From: Raillietiella orientalis
Taxonomy: Eukaryota
Assembly (NCBI GenBank): GCA_036172245.1
Contig: JAYWIR010000002.1
Span: forward strand, 4,464,001-4,528,000
DNA: 64,000 nt
Reading direction: 5' to 3'
Each line of letters opens with the position of its first letter. Within the stretch, counting starts at the first letter, position 1. Positions 11,720-24,880 of this stretch are shown piece after piece. Made by a program: the position numbers and the translations under genes. The notes under the pieces are model-generated. The model made no database searches. It was not told where the DNA came from and saw only the letters and a program-made list of their open reading frames with translations.

Positions 11720-12590
11720 ACCGGCCAAACGCTGAGGTAAGAGGTCTCCTGCGAGATCGCCGACAAGAGGAAGAAAATGAGTGGTTGGTCCATGGGGCAG
11801 CTGACCGACGCTGCTATGCCAAGAGCCCTTCCACGAGGACTTGCACGCTGGGACGAGCTACTCGACATTCCTAGTGAAGACCTGGAGTAGTCCCAGGTGT
11901 TCGTGGACAGCAGTGCCCTCCCTCTGAAGTGGCAGGAGTCGGCACTTCTGCTGTTGCACTGGGGTCTTCCCTGCAACGCACGCCGATACCACTGGACGCT
12001 GCGGAGGGCGAGTCCGGACTGTCGCAGGTGCGAGAAACGGGAATCCCTCCCGCGCCTGCTAGTGGACTGTGTTGCCCTCCATCCCCTATGGGAACATTTC
12101 GGAATGACCCTCCGGATCCCAGTTGGCACCCCCAGGGATGTTTGACGGCTTCTCTTTGTGCGGGGCGTCCTGAAACCAGCCACAGCCCCAGCAGTGCTTT
12201 GCTGCATCCGCGGGATTGCGGCGGCCCGGAGGAAGGAACGAGAGGGAGGCTGTCCAGTTGGCAGTTCGCTTTCTGCGGATAGTGGTCAGATGACCCCACC
12301 TGGGACCTATTCGGACAGAGGTAGGCAGCATCCTGGAAAGGATGCAGACTCCCTCCAGTTGGCAGTGATCGCTCATGGGCCCTCCAGTTTTTTTTTTTTA
12401 TTTCATGAACTTCATTTTATTTTTCTTTTGTTTCCTCCCTCTCCTCCGCTGCTGAGGAACCTCGCCAGTTAGCTGACCGGCGACCTGGCAGGTCTATAGC
12501 CACATTTATCGTTGTTGGACCACGTGTCCTACCACAAGTTGCGAGTTTACTGTAAATTTTAATAAACGCCCTGGCGTGATCGGGTGGTAA
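11720..12590 (+). mobile_element. Tx1/L1-like 3' fragment
   Basis: ALPLKWQE...HWGLPC...CRRCEKRESLPRLLVDCVALHPLW. Terminal AATAAA + stem-loop at 12561-12590. Confidence 0.8.
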
Positions 12591-15500
12591 CCCAAGTAAG
12601 GCAGGGATGGAATTCAAATTCCTGTCGAGGGATCTAAGGAAAGTGCAAATTTGATCATCCTGCTGTGATTCTTCAATAGAAAGCAGCAGCCCAAGGTATG
12701 GAAATGATCATCTTGTGCGCGGAAACAAGATAATTCGTGTTTGCTGGAGAATTCTCGTGTGGGATTTCGGATGACAGCGCATTTCCGGGTTCAAGCAGTT
12801 CGTTCTCACCGGCTGACTTTCCGAGCGCTTCGGGGTTACAAGTAGCTCAGAGAATGAGCACGGATGAATAATGAGAACCCATTCCTTCCCCTGTGATGTT
12901 CTCTGGAGCATCGACGAGTCCTTTGCTGAAATTCCTGCCGGTTCATTTAGTGCCTCGACGTATCTGATTCCGCGCATCGCGATGACCGCAATCCGGGGAG
13001 CGCGAAGAACGCAAAACACCCTGCTATCGAAACACTGGAGCCTGGCTAAAGGCGACTAAATTAAGGTCATCCAAGAATCCCTGACTTCTAAGAAGGGTCG
13101 TTCCTAGTACCGCACGTTGTGATTATTGCTATCATGTGTGTGTATGTGTGTGCTTTTTTTGTGAGCATATCTCAGGGGGGTCTGAAAGCTTTCGGCGGAA
13201 AAAAAACGACAGCAAGGAGAGATTCTCCACACCAGCAGAACTCTCCGTGAATCTGCGCCGAGTGGAAAGTGGCTGCGCTTGGGAAGCGGTCGATTTTGGA
13301 AAAGCTGCCCCTGCTGTTACCAAGAGGCGAGGACGCCACCACGCTTTGGTTCACCGTGTTCTCTTTTATCGGGGGTCGTACCTTCCTGAGCTTGCGAACT
13401 GTGTAGCGAGTTTCGAACCTCAGTGTTCGAACGTGTTCACGGAGTCGACTGCAGTTGCTTTCTGCTGGTAATACTTTGTAATTCACGTGTAATCCATATC
13501 GAAAGGGGTGCTCATAAAAACTTGGTAAGTACAACGCTACCTGTGGAAATTCGGGATTGCCAAACGCATTTTATTGGTGATTTATTATTTTTTAATGACA
13601 CAGCAACTTCCTATCACCGTCTTTTCCTCACACACAGCTTCATTTCCCTGTCCTTGCAAGCTGAAGAGCAAGAATGTAGAAGGTCATAAGACCGAAGACA
13701 CTACAGACGGAGGTAATCAGCGGTTCCCGTCAACCTCTTCAGACAGTCAGTCCGATCCCAAAGTTTAAGGAAAGTAGAAGCCATCTCTTGCCGTCTTCTC
13801 TGTCCTTCCCAGACTCCACTTGCAATCGATCATCTCGAGGAAGGCACTCGTGCAACTACAGTAGACTCACGTGGAGACCAACTGTTCCGGGAAGTTGCCA
13901 CTCATTCGGTATCTCATCGCAACCGATCCGTTCGAGATCGTCTTCGTGCATGATGGCTCTACTTCGAGGGTCGCTGCCCGAGGAAACACCTAAACGAGCA
14001 GAGTGAAAGGACGCTCTTTTGTCTCCGTTCGTGCTTCAGGAGGGACTCCTCAGGTAAATGGCGTTTCGTGTGTCAGACGTCGGTCTACGATCAAGGTTCT
14101 ACCGGCCCAATCTCAAGGACAAGCTGAAAATGGAAGAGTTGTCGAAGATGGCGTCTCGCACCACAGAACGTGCATCTCAGAGCGACCCCTATTTGGTTTT
14201 AGCCGAAACGTCGTCTTTCCTTCCTGTAAACAATGGTGACGAATTTCATATATTCGTCACGGTCAGAATAAGTTTTGAAATGTTTGGTGTGCGGGGAGTA
14301 AGAAAGGGATAACGGCGTTCTCCCTGGCGTCCTTTGCATCCTCCCAAGGACGCCAGCAAGTTTCTCTCCCGGTTGTGCCTCAAGTGCGACCGTCTTACCG
14401 CGACCCTCAGGAAGGAGAATGCGAAGGAGGAGGCATCCGCAGTCCTCCTGCCTCCGTGGTCAGGATTCCACGCCACCGATTCTACGGATGAAGCACGAAG
14501 CTGCGATCGCTCGCCGCAACAGGCGGACATGGCGCCACACGTGAGACTGTGGGGGGCTATCAGCAGGGTCAACAGGAACAGAGTTGACAGAAGTGTTGGT
14601 CATCCTGCGCCGTAGCCATGACCTGCTGGTCTTTGCTCTAAGAGGCTCTAGAAAGGAGCCGGATTCCATTCTGCCTCCACCTCTTCCAGGAGTGTCTTTA
14701 TCGGCTTCCTGAGACTTCGGAAGAGGCAGCGACGGCAGCCGGAAAGCGAAGGCAGCAGGCGGCGGCAGCAGGGCGGCTGACAGTCGACCTCGGAAACGGG
14801 GGCGCCGAAGACTTCCCACGTCGGGGGAGTCTGCGGCGGCTGCGGATCAGAAAGGATGTCAGCTTCTTCGATCCGACTGCTCTCATGACCAGGATCCGAG
14901 CCGGGACGCACCAGCGGTTGGCCCAAGACTTCGCTGCTAGGGTTAATCTTCGAAACTGGGGCTGACTCCATCAGCCGACGAGAGTCCAGTGTTTCGACCT
15001 GGCAACTATCATAGGTTGCTATCCTAGGTTGTTGGTCCCCTTCAGAAGCGAGGTCGACTCTAGATTTAGCACAATACACTCCGTTTCCACCCGAATCCGA
15101 ACGGGCCTTTGCAGCGGACCATCGGCTGCTGATCTCGGGCTTCATCGTTCACGCACCTTCGAGGCCAAGTTGCTCCTTGCTTGAATCGTTATTGGCTTGC
15201 CATCCACGTGCAGCCCCCACCGTGCCACTCAAAGTAGACTCCCCATCCGGTAGGAAAACGAAAAAAAAGGCGCTTTCAGGAAAGGGAAGTTCGTTTAAGG
15301 CAAATTAAACCTGAGCATCGTTCACCTGGGCATCTACGGAGTAGCTGCCTCCATTCCTGTCCGATGCATATCGTAGATAGCCAACACAAATCCTCAATGC
15401 CGTATTGCTGTTGCCTCTTTCTTCGAACAGCACTTACAACTCCATGGTCGTCCAGAATGTGCGAAGCGCGGATACTCGTATGGAATCCGCTCCACCCATG

Positions 15501-15859
15501 AAGAGAAGGACCCATAGTACTCTTCCATCATATCTATTGTCCAGTTCAGTTTCGAAGATTCTCAGGTGGACCTCTAAGGATTAAGGGTCATTGCTACAGA
15601 GAAGAATACCTTCAGTACATCCAACTTCTGCCGCGGAGCCAACTAATGGTTCTGCTCTCTAAACACCGTCACTGATTTTTAGTTGGAAGAAGACAAGACC
15701 AAAGCATCTGTCGAGTGGTTTCCTATAGGGTTGTTGGTAGGTCTCCTTATTTTGTCTCCTTCCCTTCGATAGTCGGGGTTCCAGAGATTCGTGGAGGAGT
15801 CTTAGAAGACAGCTCGCCCTGTTCGATTTCGTGCAAAGCATTAGTTCGAAGGAAAGGTC

Positions 15860-16330
15860 AAGCAAGGGTCCACTTAGCAAAAGCCTGCCTGACGCAGACA
15901 AAAAAAAATATATTGGACAGGGGGAGGAGAAGAAGGGAAGGCATCAGAGATTTCTTCCTTCCTGGAGTCCTCAGTATTCTCTGGAAGATGTAGGCCGCTT
16001 CCTCCTTTTGTTGGCAGAGATGTGACCATCTCGCCGACTTCCTCACGAACGAGCGAACGATTGCAATGACCCCGCCGTTCGACTGTCCCCTTTTTGGCGC
16101 AGCTTCTCGCCGCCGCAATCCCACGAAGGCAGCACGGAGATGCAAGGGAAGCTGAAGACGCGACATCGAGTCGCGCGCAAAGAGGCGCCGCAAGACTCTG
16201 CCGTTGCCCATCGTGGTTGGCAGGGCCACAGCGTAGCATTCCCGGACACTCAGCAGGGCAACGATACGATCCAAGAACAGGTGTGGGAACATTCCCCTTA
16301 CTTGGCACAATCTGGGGCTACACTCCCCCT
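15860..16330 (-). mobile_element. Tx1/L1-like 3' fragment, same subfamily as 39280-40298
   Basis: FPHLFLDRIVALLSVRECYAVALPTTMGNG-RVLRRLF is near-collinear with 39660-40060. Confidence 0.75.
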
Positions 16331-19300
16331 TGTTCAGCTTGAATCCCAGATAAAGCGAGATTCAAACTGGCGTCTTTCTCTCCAGTTGCTCCAGTGGCTC
16401 TAATGGGAGCGTTCCACCAGATTCGTTAACAAGACTGAAGACTTCCATGTTTTTTTTCTGTTGCAGCATGCGCTTTTTACTGATTCAGGAGGTATGAACA
16501 CGATGCTAAATTCCAGGAAGTTGCACCTTATTGTACATGAACAGGGCACGTATGTCGAGATACAAGAAGATTCGAGAGCAACTGTTGCATCTGAACAGAC
16601 AGCAATATGAGGAGTGCTTTCCGTGAAACTCGTTAAAGACGTGAAAAAAAAGAGAAGAAAAAAACCTTGTTCGTGGAAACAGTCAAGAAATCTGGGAACT
16701 TCGGAAGAGATCTCAATGCGTCCTGTCCTGCGTAATCCTCGAATGGGGATTCCAAGGAAGCAGGAAGCGGCCAGTCATTGTGTTGCTAGGAACGTCAGGT
16801 TAAGATTCATGAAATCAAATTAAAAGCCACGAAAGGATGTGCTTCTTTGGTGTCGCTTGCGTTCTTGCATCCTGTCTCGTAGCATTTAGGAATTTTGTTA
16901 GCGCGAACACTCGTGTGTAAAACCGGCCAAGCGACTCCGGCAGGGGATAGAATCTCAGTTCTCAATGGAGGTCATGCAGCTAACCTACCCCGAAAACTGT
17001 TTACTCGAACCGACGGTCACCATTTAGCTACTACATCCTAAAGTAGCCAAGTATGACCATCTACTGTTGAATATAGAAGATGAGCTTTTTTATGCGTACA
17101 TCTTCTCCGGCTTAATGCGCTGTTGGTGTAAGCCTTAGTTAAAATACCAAACGTTTAGATTTCAGTGTTAAGTAACATCGCATCTCTTGGAAAATTTCCC
17201 ATGAGAATCTGGCACGCACATCTTCTCTATCTTGATCTAGGTATTCATTTTATTTATTTTTTTATCTAGAGTCCTTATTTTTCAATTTTACACGCTAGAT
17301 ACAAAGCTGCTTGAAAATTTGCTTAAGGCTAACATTTTTTGCTTTTTTTTTTTTCCTAGCGCTTAAGAGTTGGTGAATGGAGCTCCTTTGTCCTTCAACC
17401 AGCGGAATTTTTACGTACGTTTCCATCTTTAAATATGCACTAATCTCTCCATATAGACAAATCTATGCCTCCACATATTAAGAGGTATATAAGAAATACA
17501 ACTCAAGTATACGGGTCAAGCAAGCAGGTAAGCAATTCATGTCAATAGGTTATGTAATATAATGCACTGTGAATTTAATAAGGCATTCTCGATAATTTCC
17601 TTTCTCTATAAGAAAATAAAATTTGCTATTACATTAAATCAAATCTATTCATTCTATTTGACTGCAGTGCATAAGCGACTTTTGTTTTTGTTTTGTTTTT
17701 TCAATCATACCTAAAACTCATGCAGCAGATACTCGCCAGCGGCGAAAAGTCACATGTCACTATATTTAGTCAAACTTTCGCATGTAAAACCAGACAGATT
17801 TTGAGGATTCTTGGCTAGAATTCTCGAGAACTTAAGAAGTGTAATACATAGGGGAACCTGAAACATAAGAAATGTAAAACTGTGGGGTAGCAACGACCTT
17901 CCCTCATATAGTATCTGGTTGTTGAGAAAATCCTTCACATGTCCCTAAAAAGCAACTTTTTTGAGCCGGCCATCACTACCTTTTATCAGAGTCATTTGTT
18001 TGGTCGGAAACAAAGAGAAGCAAAGCAAAGTAAAACAGCCTTCCAGCATGCGGCGCCCGGTCATCTATTACGACCCGTTCCCGTTTTCAGAGATCTGGAC
18101 TCCATAGGCGATGTTAGAAACAAGGTAGCTGCGGCTCAGTAAAGTACAGACTGGAATGTCAAGATGGATGGATAATGAGGACATTCCGAGTAACTGGGGC
18201 AAGTGAGAAGAAGGACGTGGGATGGTGAGGCTGGAATGCTGAATGTATAAAGTCTGTTCCTACAGTTATCCATTCCTCGAGAGTCATTCTTGCTCTAGAA
18301 CAAAGACTGACCTACGTTTGACCTAGGTTGTCCTGCGTTTTTCCTATGAAGCAATCCGTTCAGCAAGTGCCTAACATGGTAACTCAGTTTTGTAAACAAA
18401 GTTGGCACAGAGTATCGTGAGTGAGGTTTGAAGAGAAGAAATGGCCAAGGAATGGAAACATCAGCCACGATGCAAGGTGGTTCAGTGGCACTAGTAGCTA
18501 CGAAAGAATTACGGGAAAAAACGTTCCCTACTTAGGAAAATAAAAAGTCTATTACCCTTTTTCGCATATGTGCACGCTGCACGTATACAAAAAAGGGCCT
18601 ATTAATTAAACTACAATACTATTCATGGACTTGTGGAGTAGTCGTGATGATCTTCCGTTCTGGCAATTGTGGAGGTGGTACAAATTTATTAGATGTGTCT
18701 TCAGATAGCAGAGAAATGGACTTGGCTCTAATCACTGTAACACACTCGTATGTAAATTCCAGGAGAACTGCGATTAATTCGCTAAATTTCTTGCTCCCTT
18801 GCAACTTTGGTACAGAGTGCAACATTAGCAGTTATCTCTGATTTATGGAATAAAGAAGAATTATGACACATAGAAAAAGGAACGGAAGGATTTGATTCCT
18901 TTGATCCTCGGCACTTCCTTCCATGTCTTTCTGTTCATCGCTATGGAATCAAAGGCTCCAAAACTTCGTGGATGTCTTCTTCAAAAGGGGTGAATCTTTA
19001 AAGCTATTGCGTTCTCGAAAGGTCGATGCATCCATTTTATTTTAATATTCAATCTCTAAGTGCAGAGGGCGCCTAGAAACGGAGTGAAGAATACTTTACT
19101 GGGACCAAGTACTGGAAGGTGGAAACTGCAAATTCCTGTTTTTGAAACACAATCTGCGGCATCCCTGGGATCTCATCCTTAACATCCATTCAAAGAAAGC
19201 GCAACGACAGCAGATAACATGCTCCTGTTTCTCCAAAATTCCCAAGAACAGCAAGAAGAAAATCCCAACCAACAACCAGACTGCTTTGAGCACGAGCTGT

Positions 19301-19399
19301 GCAGTGAAGTCTATGGACAGAAAACATTGGTTATCTTGCACGTGCATACAGCAACCGGTATCTTAAATACATGCCAAATTCATCCATGTTCACAATCCA

Positions 19400-19500
19400 G
19401 CGCGAAAGTCCGCAATCGGGCACTCGAGGTTGCAGCGTCAGTGAGCTGGCCCGTCGTCCACTTGTCCAGTCCCCTTCTTCCGGAGGCTTCCATAGTAGTC
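19400..19500 (-). mobile_element. Short Tx1/L1-like ORF2 fragment abutting repeat X copy D
   Basis: KWTTGQLTDAAT matches WTTRKLTDAAT (~25740) and WTTWEVTDAAT (~48505). Confidence 0.55.
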
Positions 19501-19511
19501 TCCCATCTAGC

Positions 19512-20050
19512 CGTGGTTTCGGGTGCGGAACTGATGGAAACCGGAAACCTCAGATGTCCCTGTTGAGTGGTCGGTATTGGAAGTTGACCCTCCACGGTCC
19601 TTCCAGGGCATCAAGGAGCCCTCCGGTTGTAAAAATTGATCTGTACCATGGAGATGGTTGATGCTACTCTCTGGCAGTCATCTCCGGAGTGCCAAAAGCG
19701 CGCTGGTTCCTTCGGGGAGAGTCCTTCAAGAGAAATTTGGTAGAGTTCCTTCGGGGTTCTCTTCGAAGGAGAAAACAAGGAGCGGATCCCTTGTGGGTTT
19801 CCTCCAGAGTGAAAATAATGAAGTGGTCTCCCCTCCGGGGGTCGCTCTGAAAAGAATGAGGAAGAGGCTCCCTTCGGGGTTCCCCCCCAAGCGTGAGAGG
19901 AACAGCTTTTCTCCTCTGGAGTCTTCCTGGATTCATAGGGTGGTCCCTACGGGGTCACCCTACAACTTGAAGGGCTAATACACGCACCCTAGGGCGGCGT
20001 GGACCTTGACAAAGAACTTCATGAGCCCCTAGACGGAATGGTTCTTGAAT
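19512..20050 (-). repeat. Repeat X, copy D
   Basis: Reverse complement aligns with 11401-11718 and 37340-37875. Several cTTCGg/cTACGg/cTCCGg-capped hairpins on the + strand. Confidence 0.8.
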
Positions 20051-20690
20051 AATCAACGGAGGTTGCCGGGTACTGCGAGTTGCCTGGAGCTCGGAGTTGC
20101 ATCGCTGGTCATCACCAGTCCAATATGCAAAGGGAAGTGCAGCTGAGGTTACCGTATTTTGGCACCCGACCTGCCTGTGCGCGGGGAGGGCATGGGGACC
20201 AGCTGCACGCGATGGTTCGCGTTGGCTGCAGACCTTCTCAAGAGAGAGTTCTTTCTCGGACTGGCCCCAAGGCAATCAGGAAGACAATTCTTGTTGGGCT
20301 TACGTCAACGCTGAAGTGCCGAACTGACGTGCAACATTCCCATGAACTCCTATCTGTTCTCCAGGAGGGAAAAGTTGCTGACGTCGGGAGACGACGCTAA
20401 AACAGGAAGGTTTCCGCAGGGACAACGGCGCTCAGGCACCGTAGAAGTCGAAAAGCGGGATCTGCTGAGGAGTGCGGGTCGCTCTTCCTGATAACAAGCG
20501 AGATGGCGAAAGAAACTTCTGTCTTTTCGCAGCATCTACCTTGAAACCAAGGGTCTTCACGTACAGGGAAAACGGATAAGAGATAAATTCGATAAATAAA
20601 TGGCACTCTTGTGTTTTGCGCCATCTGCTGCTTGTGTCTGTGCGAAACCGTTAAATTGCGTAAGTTTTCAGCCACGAGCAACCTGCTACC

Positions 20691-21575
20691 AGGGCAAGCA
20701 ATGAGAGTTGCCTACCGGCGGGGTAGAAGGTCGCCTACATGATCGCAGGAACTCGACCCATGGGCGGCTAGAAGACGAGCCAGATGGCGGACGCCGCTAC
20801 TCCTCGTCATTACGCCAAGGGACTCCGGAGGAACCAACTGCTCAGTGTGCCCTTCGAAGAACTTGTGGTCCCTCCCTCGTGCGTGGACACCTCTGTGTTC
20901 TCCCTTCAATGGAAACAGGACGTGCTTCTGCTGATGCATTGGGGCTTCTATCGCAATCAGCTCTCGAACCTGGTTTTCAGGGGAGTTGTTTCCTCGAACT
21001 GCAGAAGGTACGGAGCAGTGGAGTCGCCCCACACCTGCTCTTCGACTGCGGTGCCCTACAACGACTGTGGCGGAGGCTGCCTTCAGCGCTCGTGCACCAG
21101 GAGGACACCGCAGTGACGTCATGCGCCGCTTCCTCACGCGTGACAGCCTCTCGCTAGCTGCGGTCATCGCAACGATCTGTTGCATCCGCGCCATCGTCAC
21201 CGTCCACCGCCAGTTGGAGTCGTGGGCAGTTCCTAGAGAGGTCATCAGGATTGCTGATGTCAACATGAGGACGGCTGCCAGATGGCCTCATCTTACGGAA
21301 GAAGTGGGGAAGGAGATCCCCGGCACCCAACGCCGGTTCTGAAAGGAAGGAACGGCCGAACCCAAAGACTCCTATCCCAACCTCCTTATATCTTTTTTTG
21401 TATTTTTTTTGTATATGTATTTGTGGTTCCCTCCCTCCCGTTCCGGACTTTCTGTGTGACCGACCTGAGCATCGGGAAGCCCTCCCCTCGAACTTCTTTT
21501 CCCTTTGTCTGGGAACTTTGTTCCAGGATATTTTGTTCTTTTGTAGAATAAACGACCCAGCGCAACCGGGTGGAA
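20691..21575 (+). mobile_element. 5'-truncated Tx1/L1-like retrotransposon, 14-bp TSD (1 mismatch)
   Basis: ADAATP...LQWKQDVLLLMHWG...PHLLFDCGALQRLW. TSD agcaacctgcYacc at 20677-20690 and 21576-21589. Confidence 0.85.
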
Positions 21576-22099
21576 AGCAACCTGCCACCCGCTGCTATGG
21601 AAGGGCTGTCCACCGCTGGGTCGAGTATATGCAGTCCGAAGTGTGAAGCTCACAGTCGAAGCAAACCTGACCGAGACGGATGTCAAGAAGAATCCAAAAA
21701 AAAAGAAGGTCCGATTATCTCTGAACGACTGTGAGTTCTCAAGACTATCTTGTCGAAGCGAACTGGATTTTCGGTCCAGTACACATTTGCAATTGTATTG
21801 ATAATTTTAAAAACGGCATCATCCATTACGGACTCATGTTTATCGGAAACACGACGTAATAAAAAAGCAAAAATCCAAATCAAGGAATCATGCGTATTCC
21901 TATGCAGACGAGCAGTTACATATAAAGACATGTGTACAGATAGGTACATTTGCAGACGGTTGAATGTATGCGTAAGATGGCTGTTCGCTTCCTTCATTAC
22001 GAGGTGCGTGCCAAGCTACGTCCCGTTGCCACAGGTAACTCGACCGAAATGGCATCGGTTATTACGATGCCATCTATGGTTACTTATGGGCTGATAACG

Positions 22100-22166
22100 A
22101 AGAACCATCCTATTTAGAAATAATCCTTTAATACCCAAAATTAATACTCTCGTAAACTAATTCTTG
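22100..22166 (-). tRNA. trnP: Mitochondrial trnP(UGG) pseudogene within NUMT
   Basis: CAAGAATTAGTTTA...TTAAT-TTTGGGT-ATTAA gives a 5-bp anticodon stem with a TGG anticodon (22135-22137). 3' end poorly defined. Confidence 0.65.
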
Positions 22167-22179
22167 GTATCCCATCATA

Positions 22180-23090
22180 CTAATTACCTATTCTCACCAT
22201 TACTACCACCCTCCTCATAATAAAAAATAAAATACACAATACAACGAAATACCTTAACACATATATATTAACTTATCATAACGTAATCACAGAACCACAT
22301 ACATCACAAGAAAACTCTTAACTCCCATCATATAACCTCCTATATACATTCACCTTGTAACCAATCATCAATAAATAATAAATACATATTCTGATAAAAA
22401 CAAGAAAGCAAATAACCTACCACCATATTCTACATTATAGGCAGATACAAACTCGGACTCACTTTCCAAAAAATCATATGGCAAACGATGAACCTACACC
22501 AAAGACACAATAACTCATACAACGAATCCACCTAACCTCCAAAACATGAACCACCTTCTCACCTCCAACCTCAATCCATATCCTCCCATATATAACACCA
22601 CACTCATTAATACAACAATTTTACATACTTTATAAGAAATCATTTGAGCTACTGAACGCACCACACCAACATACCTATATTTACTATTACTAGCCCAACC
22701 ACCTATTAATACCCCGTACATTCTTCCCGTTAAATAACACACAAACAACATGAAACCCATTACCCCCCTCATCAATCCCCAATCCCTAGGAGAAACCATT
22801 CCTATTTCCACCATTACTCCCACCATAATCAATGGACCCACCTTATAACCAACCTTATTTTCATCTGTCAACTCATAATATTCCTTGCTTAACAATTTCA
22901 AGGATCGGTTGAAAAATACCAACCCCCAAACCAAATACCCACTTTACCCATCCTTCCACCCCACTGCTCCCCCCTGAAATCTTACCCTCGACCAAAGTCA
23001 CAAATGATACACTGACAAACACCATGAACACTCCCTGAATAGCTATCAACACACTTAACTTCTTAACTAAAACATTCCCAATTTCCAATC
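22180..23090 (-). pseudogene. nad1: NUMT: mitochondrial nad1 pseudogene
   Basis: VSFVTLVEGKI, GIFQPI, LKLLSKE, GWASNSKY, VRSVAQMISY and LRYDKLMY motifs; frameshifts and stops. Confidence 0.92.
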
Positions 23091-23149
23091 ACTTTCTACT
23101 AAGAAACTCCACTGTTCAAATAAAATATTCTACGAAACTGTTTTTTAAT

Positions 23150-23212
23150 AAATCCATCCAATAAATAGCAATTTTTAAGCCAATTGCATATTAAACACTG
23201 TGACCATCGCAC
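23150..23212 (-). tRNA. trnL: Degenerate mitochondrial trnL(UAA) in NUMT
   Basis: CTTAAAA anticodon-like loop in GCAATTGG-CTTAAAA-ATTGC, at the expected position between rrnL and nad1. Confidence 0.4.
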
Positions 23213-23214
23213 TA

Positions 23215-24330
23215 TACAAAACACTACAAAAAATTACCTTTCCTTATTCCAAAAATATTTCACCTTTGCAATCCTTTCGTACTAAGAAACCATATTAGAA
23301 TTTGAAGATGGAAGCCAATCTAAACTTCTAAACTCCGATCTAAACTCAAATCAAGTGGGATTTTCAGTCCAACAGACTGTCACCATAAAGCTCATTCATC
23401 TCATAGGTGCCGAACTCAACGTCGAGGTCGCGAAATTCCACGTCAGTTGGAACTTTCCACGAAAGTTACGCCGTTATCCCTTAGGTGACTTTGTGTACAT
23501 TTCGAGATCACTATCATTCCATATGAAATTACCAAACCACGAAGATAAATTCTTCACCATCCGCCCCACATCACATCCCCATCAAAATCTCATCTTACTG
23601 CCACTCTTTCGATTCCTCTAAGACGCTCGGTCTAAAGGGTCTCCTCGTCCCTTCAATTGAGTATAGATTCTTCACCCCAACATTCCATTCAAAAACAAGA
23701 CAGCCTCGCTTAATGCAATCCTTCATTCAGGCCACCAATTAAATAGCTAATTGGTACGCTGCCTTAGCGCAGCCAATATGCCGCAGCTGCTTATTACACA
23801 CCGAGCAGATTATACCTTATACCATTCCCGGGAAAACGCCTTTCAGAAAGTGTTTAAACAAATTTTTGGCCAATTCCTCATAATGTTCTTACTTTGCAAC
23901 TTAATTTTACCTAACGTTTTACTGACTAAAACATGATTTCACATAAATTATTATTAATTACATTCCATTCATGCAATACTTTAAAGGTTAACATCAACTT
24001 AGTATAGAAACCTTATAATAGCTACCCTAAAGCTCATAATTTACAACTACCGTTATATTTACAAAAAAAAGACGCTTATCCCTGATTTATTATGTATTAA
24101 TAATTAGAAACAGTAATTTGTCAGCATATCACTTCCAAATAAAATTTCACCCTATTTTGTTACATATGGCAATCATTTTTTTTAACTCATCAATATTCGA
24201 ATATTAAATATAAATTTTTCATGGATTTTACTCTGATACAAAAGATAATTAAATTTAATACTCTTTTGTTATTTACTTAGATCCTTTTCAGTACTTTTCA
24301 TTATCACTATAAAATAAAATTTTCTACTAA
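23215..24330 (-). rRNA. rrnL: NUMT: mitochondrial 16S rRNA pseudogene
   Basis: Decayed conserved blocks cctttcgtacta, ccgatctaaactcaaatcaagt (16Sbr primer-site like), caacgtcgaggtcgc, ttacgccgttatccct, agggtctcctcgtc, ctgatacaaaag. Boundaries approximate. Confidence 0.9.
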
Positions 24331-24399
24331 TGATTCCATATTTAAATTTAACAAAACTTTAAATAATGATCAACATCAAATTCATCTTTACCTTAATTA

Positions 24400-24880
24400 G
24401 TAATTTACCCCCTTGCCCAGATACACCATCCACTATGCTACGACTTATCTGACTTTATATCAGAGCGACTGTATTGTATTTTTGTATTTGTATTCAATGA
24501 TTAGTATATTCTATTTACCTTTCTCAAAGAAATTTACAAGGAAATCCTATTTCCATATAAAATTGTATATATATATCCAAGTTTAAAACATCGTAGCTCA
24601 CAAATTATTCTTTTTCATGCTGCATCTTGATTAAAACTTTTAATTACCTTTTATTGGGAAAATTAGTAACTCTTAAATAATGAAATCAACGATATACAAA
24701 CGTTAAAAAAGTAAGTTCCTCGCGGATTATCATTTATTAAGCAAACTCCCCTAATAATGTTCATTACCACCAATTCATATAAGTCTTCCTCCTTATTTTT
24801 TAGTGTCCACTAATTATATCAGAGCACCCAATTCTATTTTATTAATAATAGCTTATTAAAAATTAACATTTAAAGATAAA
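24400..24880 (-). rRNA. rrnS: NUMT: mitochondrial 12S rRNA pseudogene (3' part)
   Basis: tatgctacgacttatct, gagcgac, gctgcatcttgat and gcggattatc blocks in 12S order. Boundaries approximate. Confidence 0.8.

Noticed and set aside
19531-19550. Hammerhead-like CTGATG...GAAAC in repeat X copy D
   Set aside because: No stem II, and the core is not conserved in copy B (CTGGTGGG).
22100-24880. Genuine mitochondrial contig misjoined into the assembly
   Set aside because: Frameshifts, stops and decayed rRNA motifs point to an old nuclear copy.
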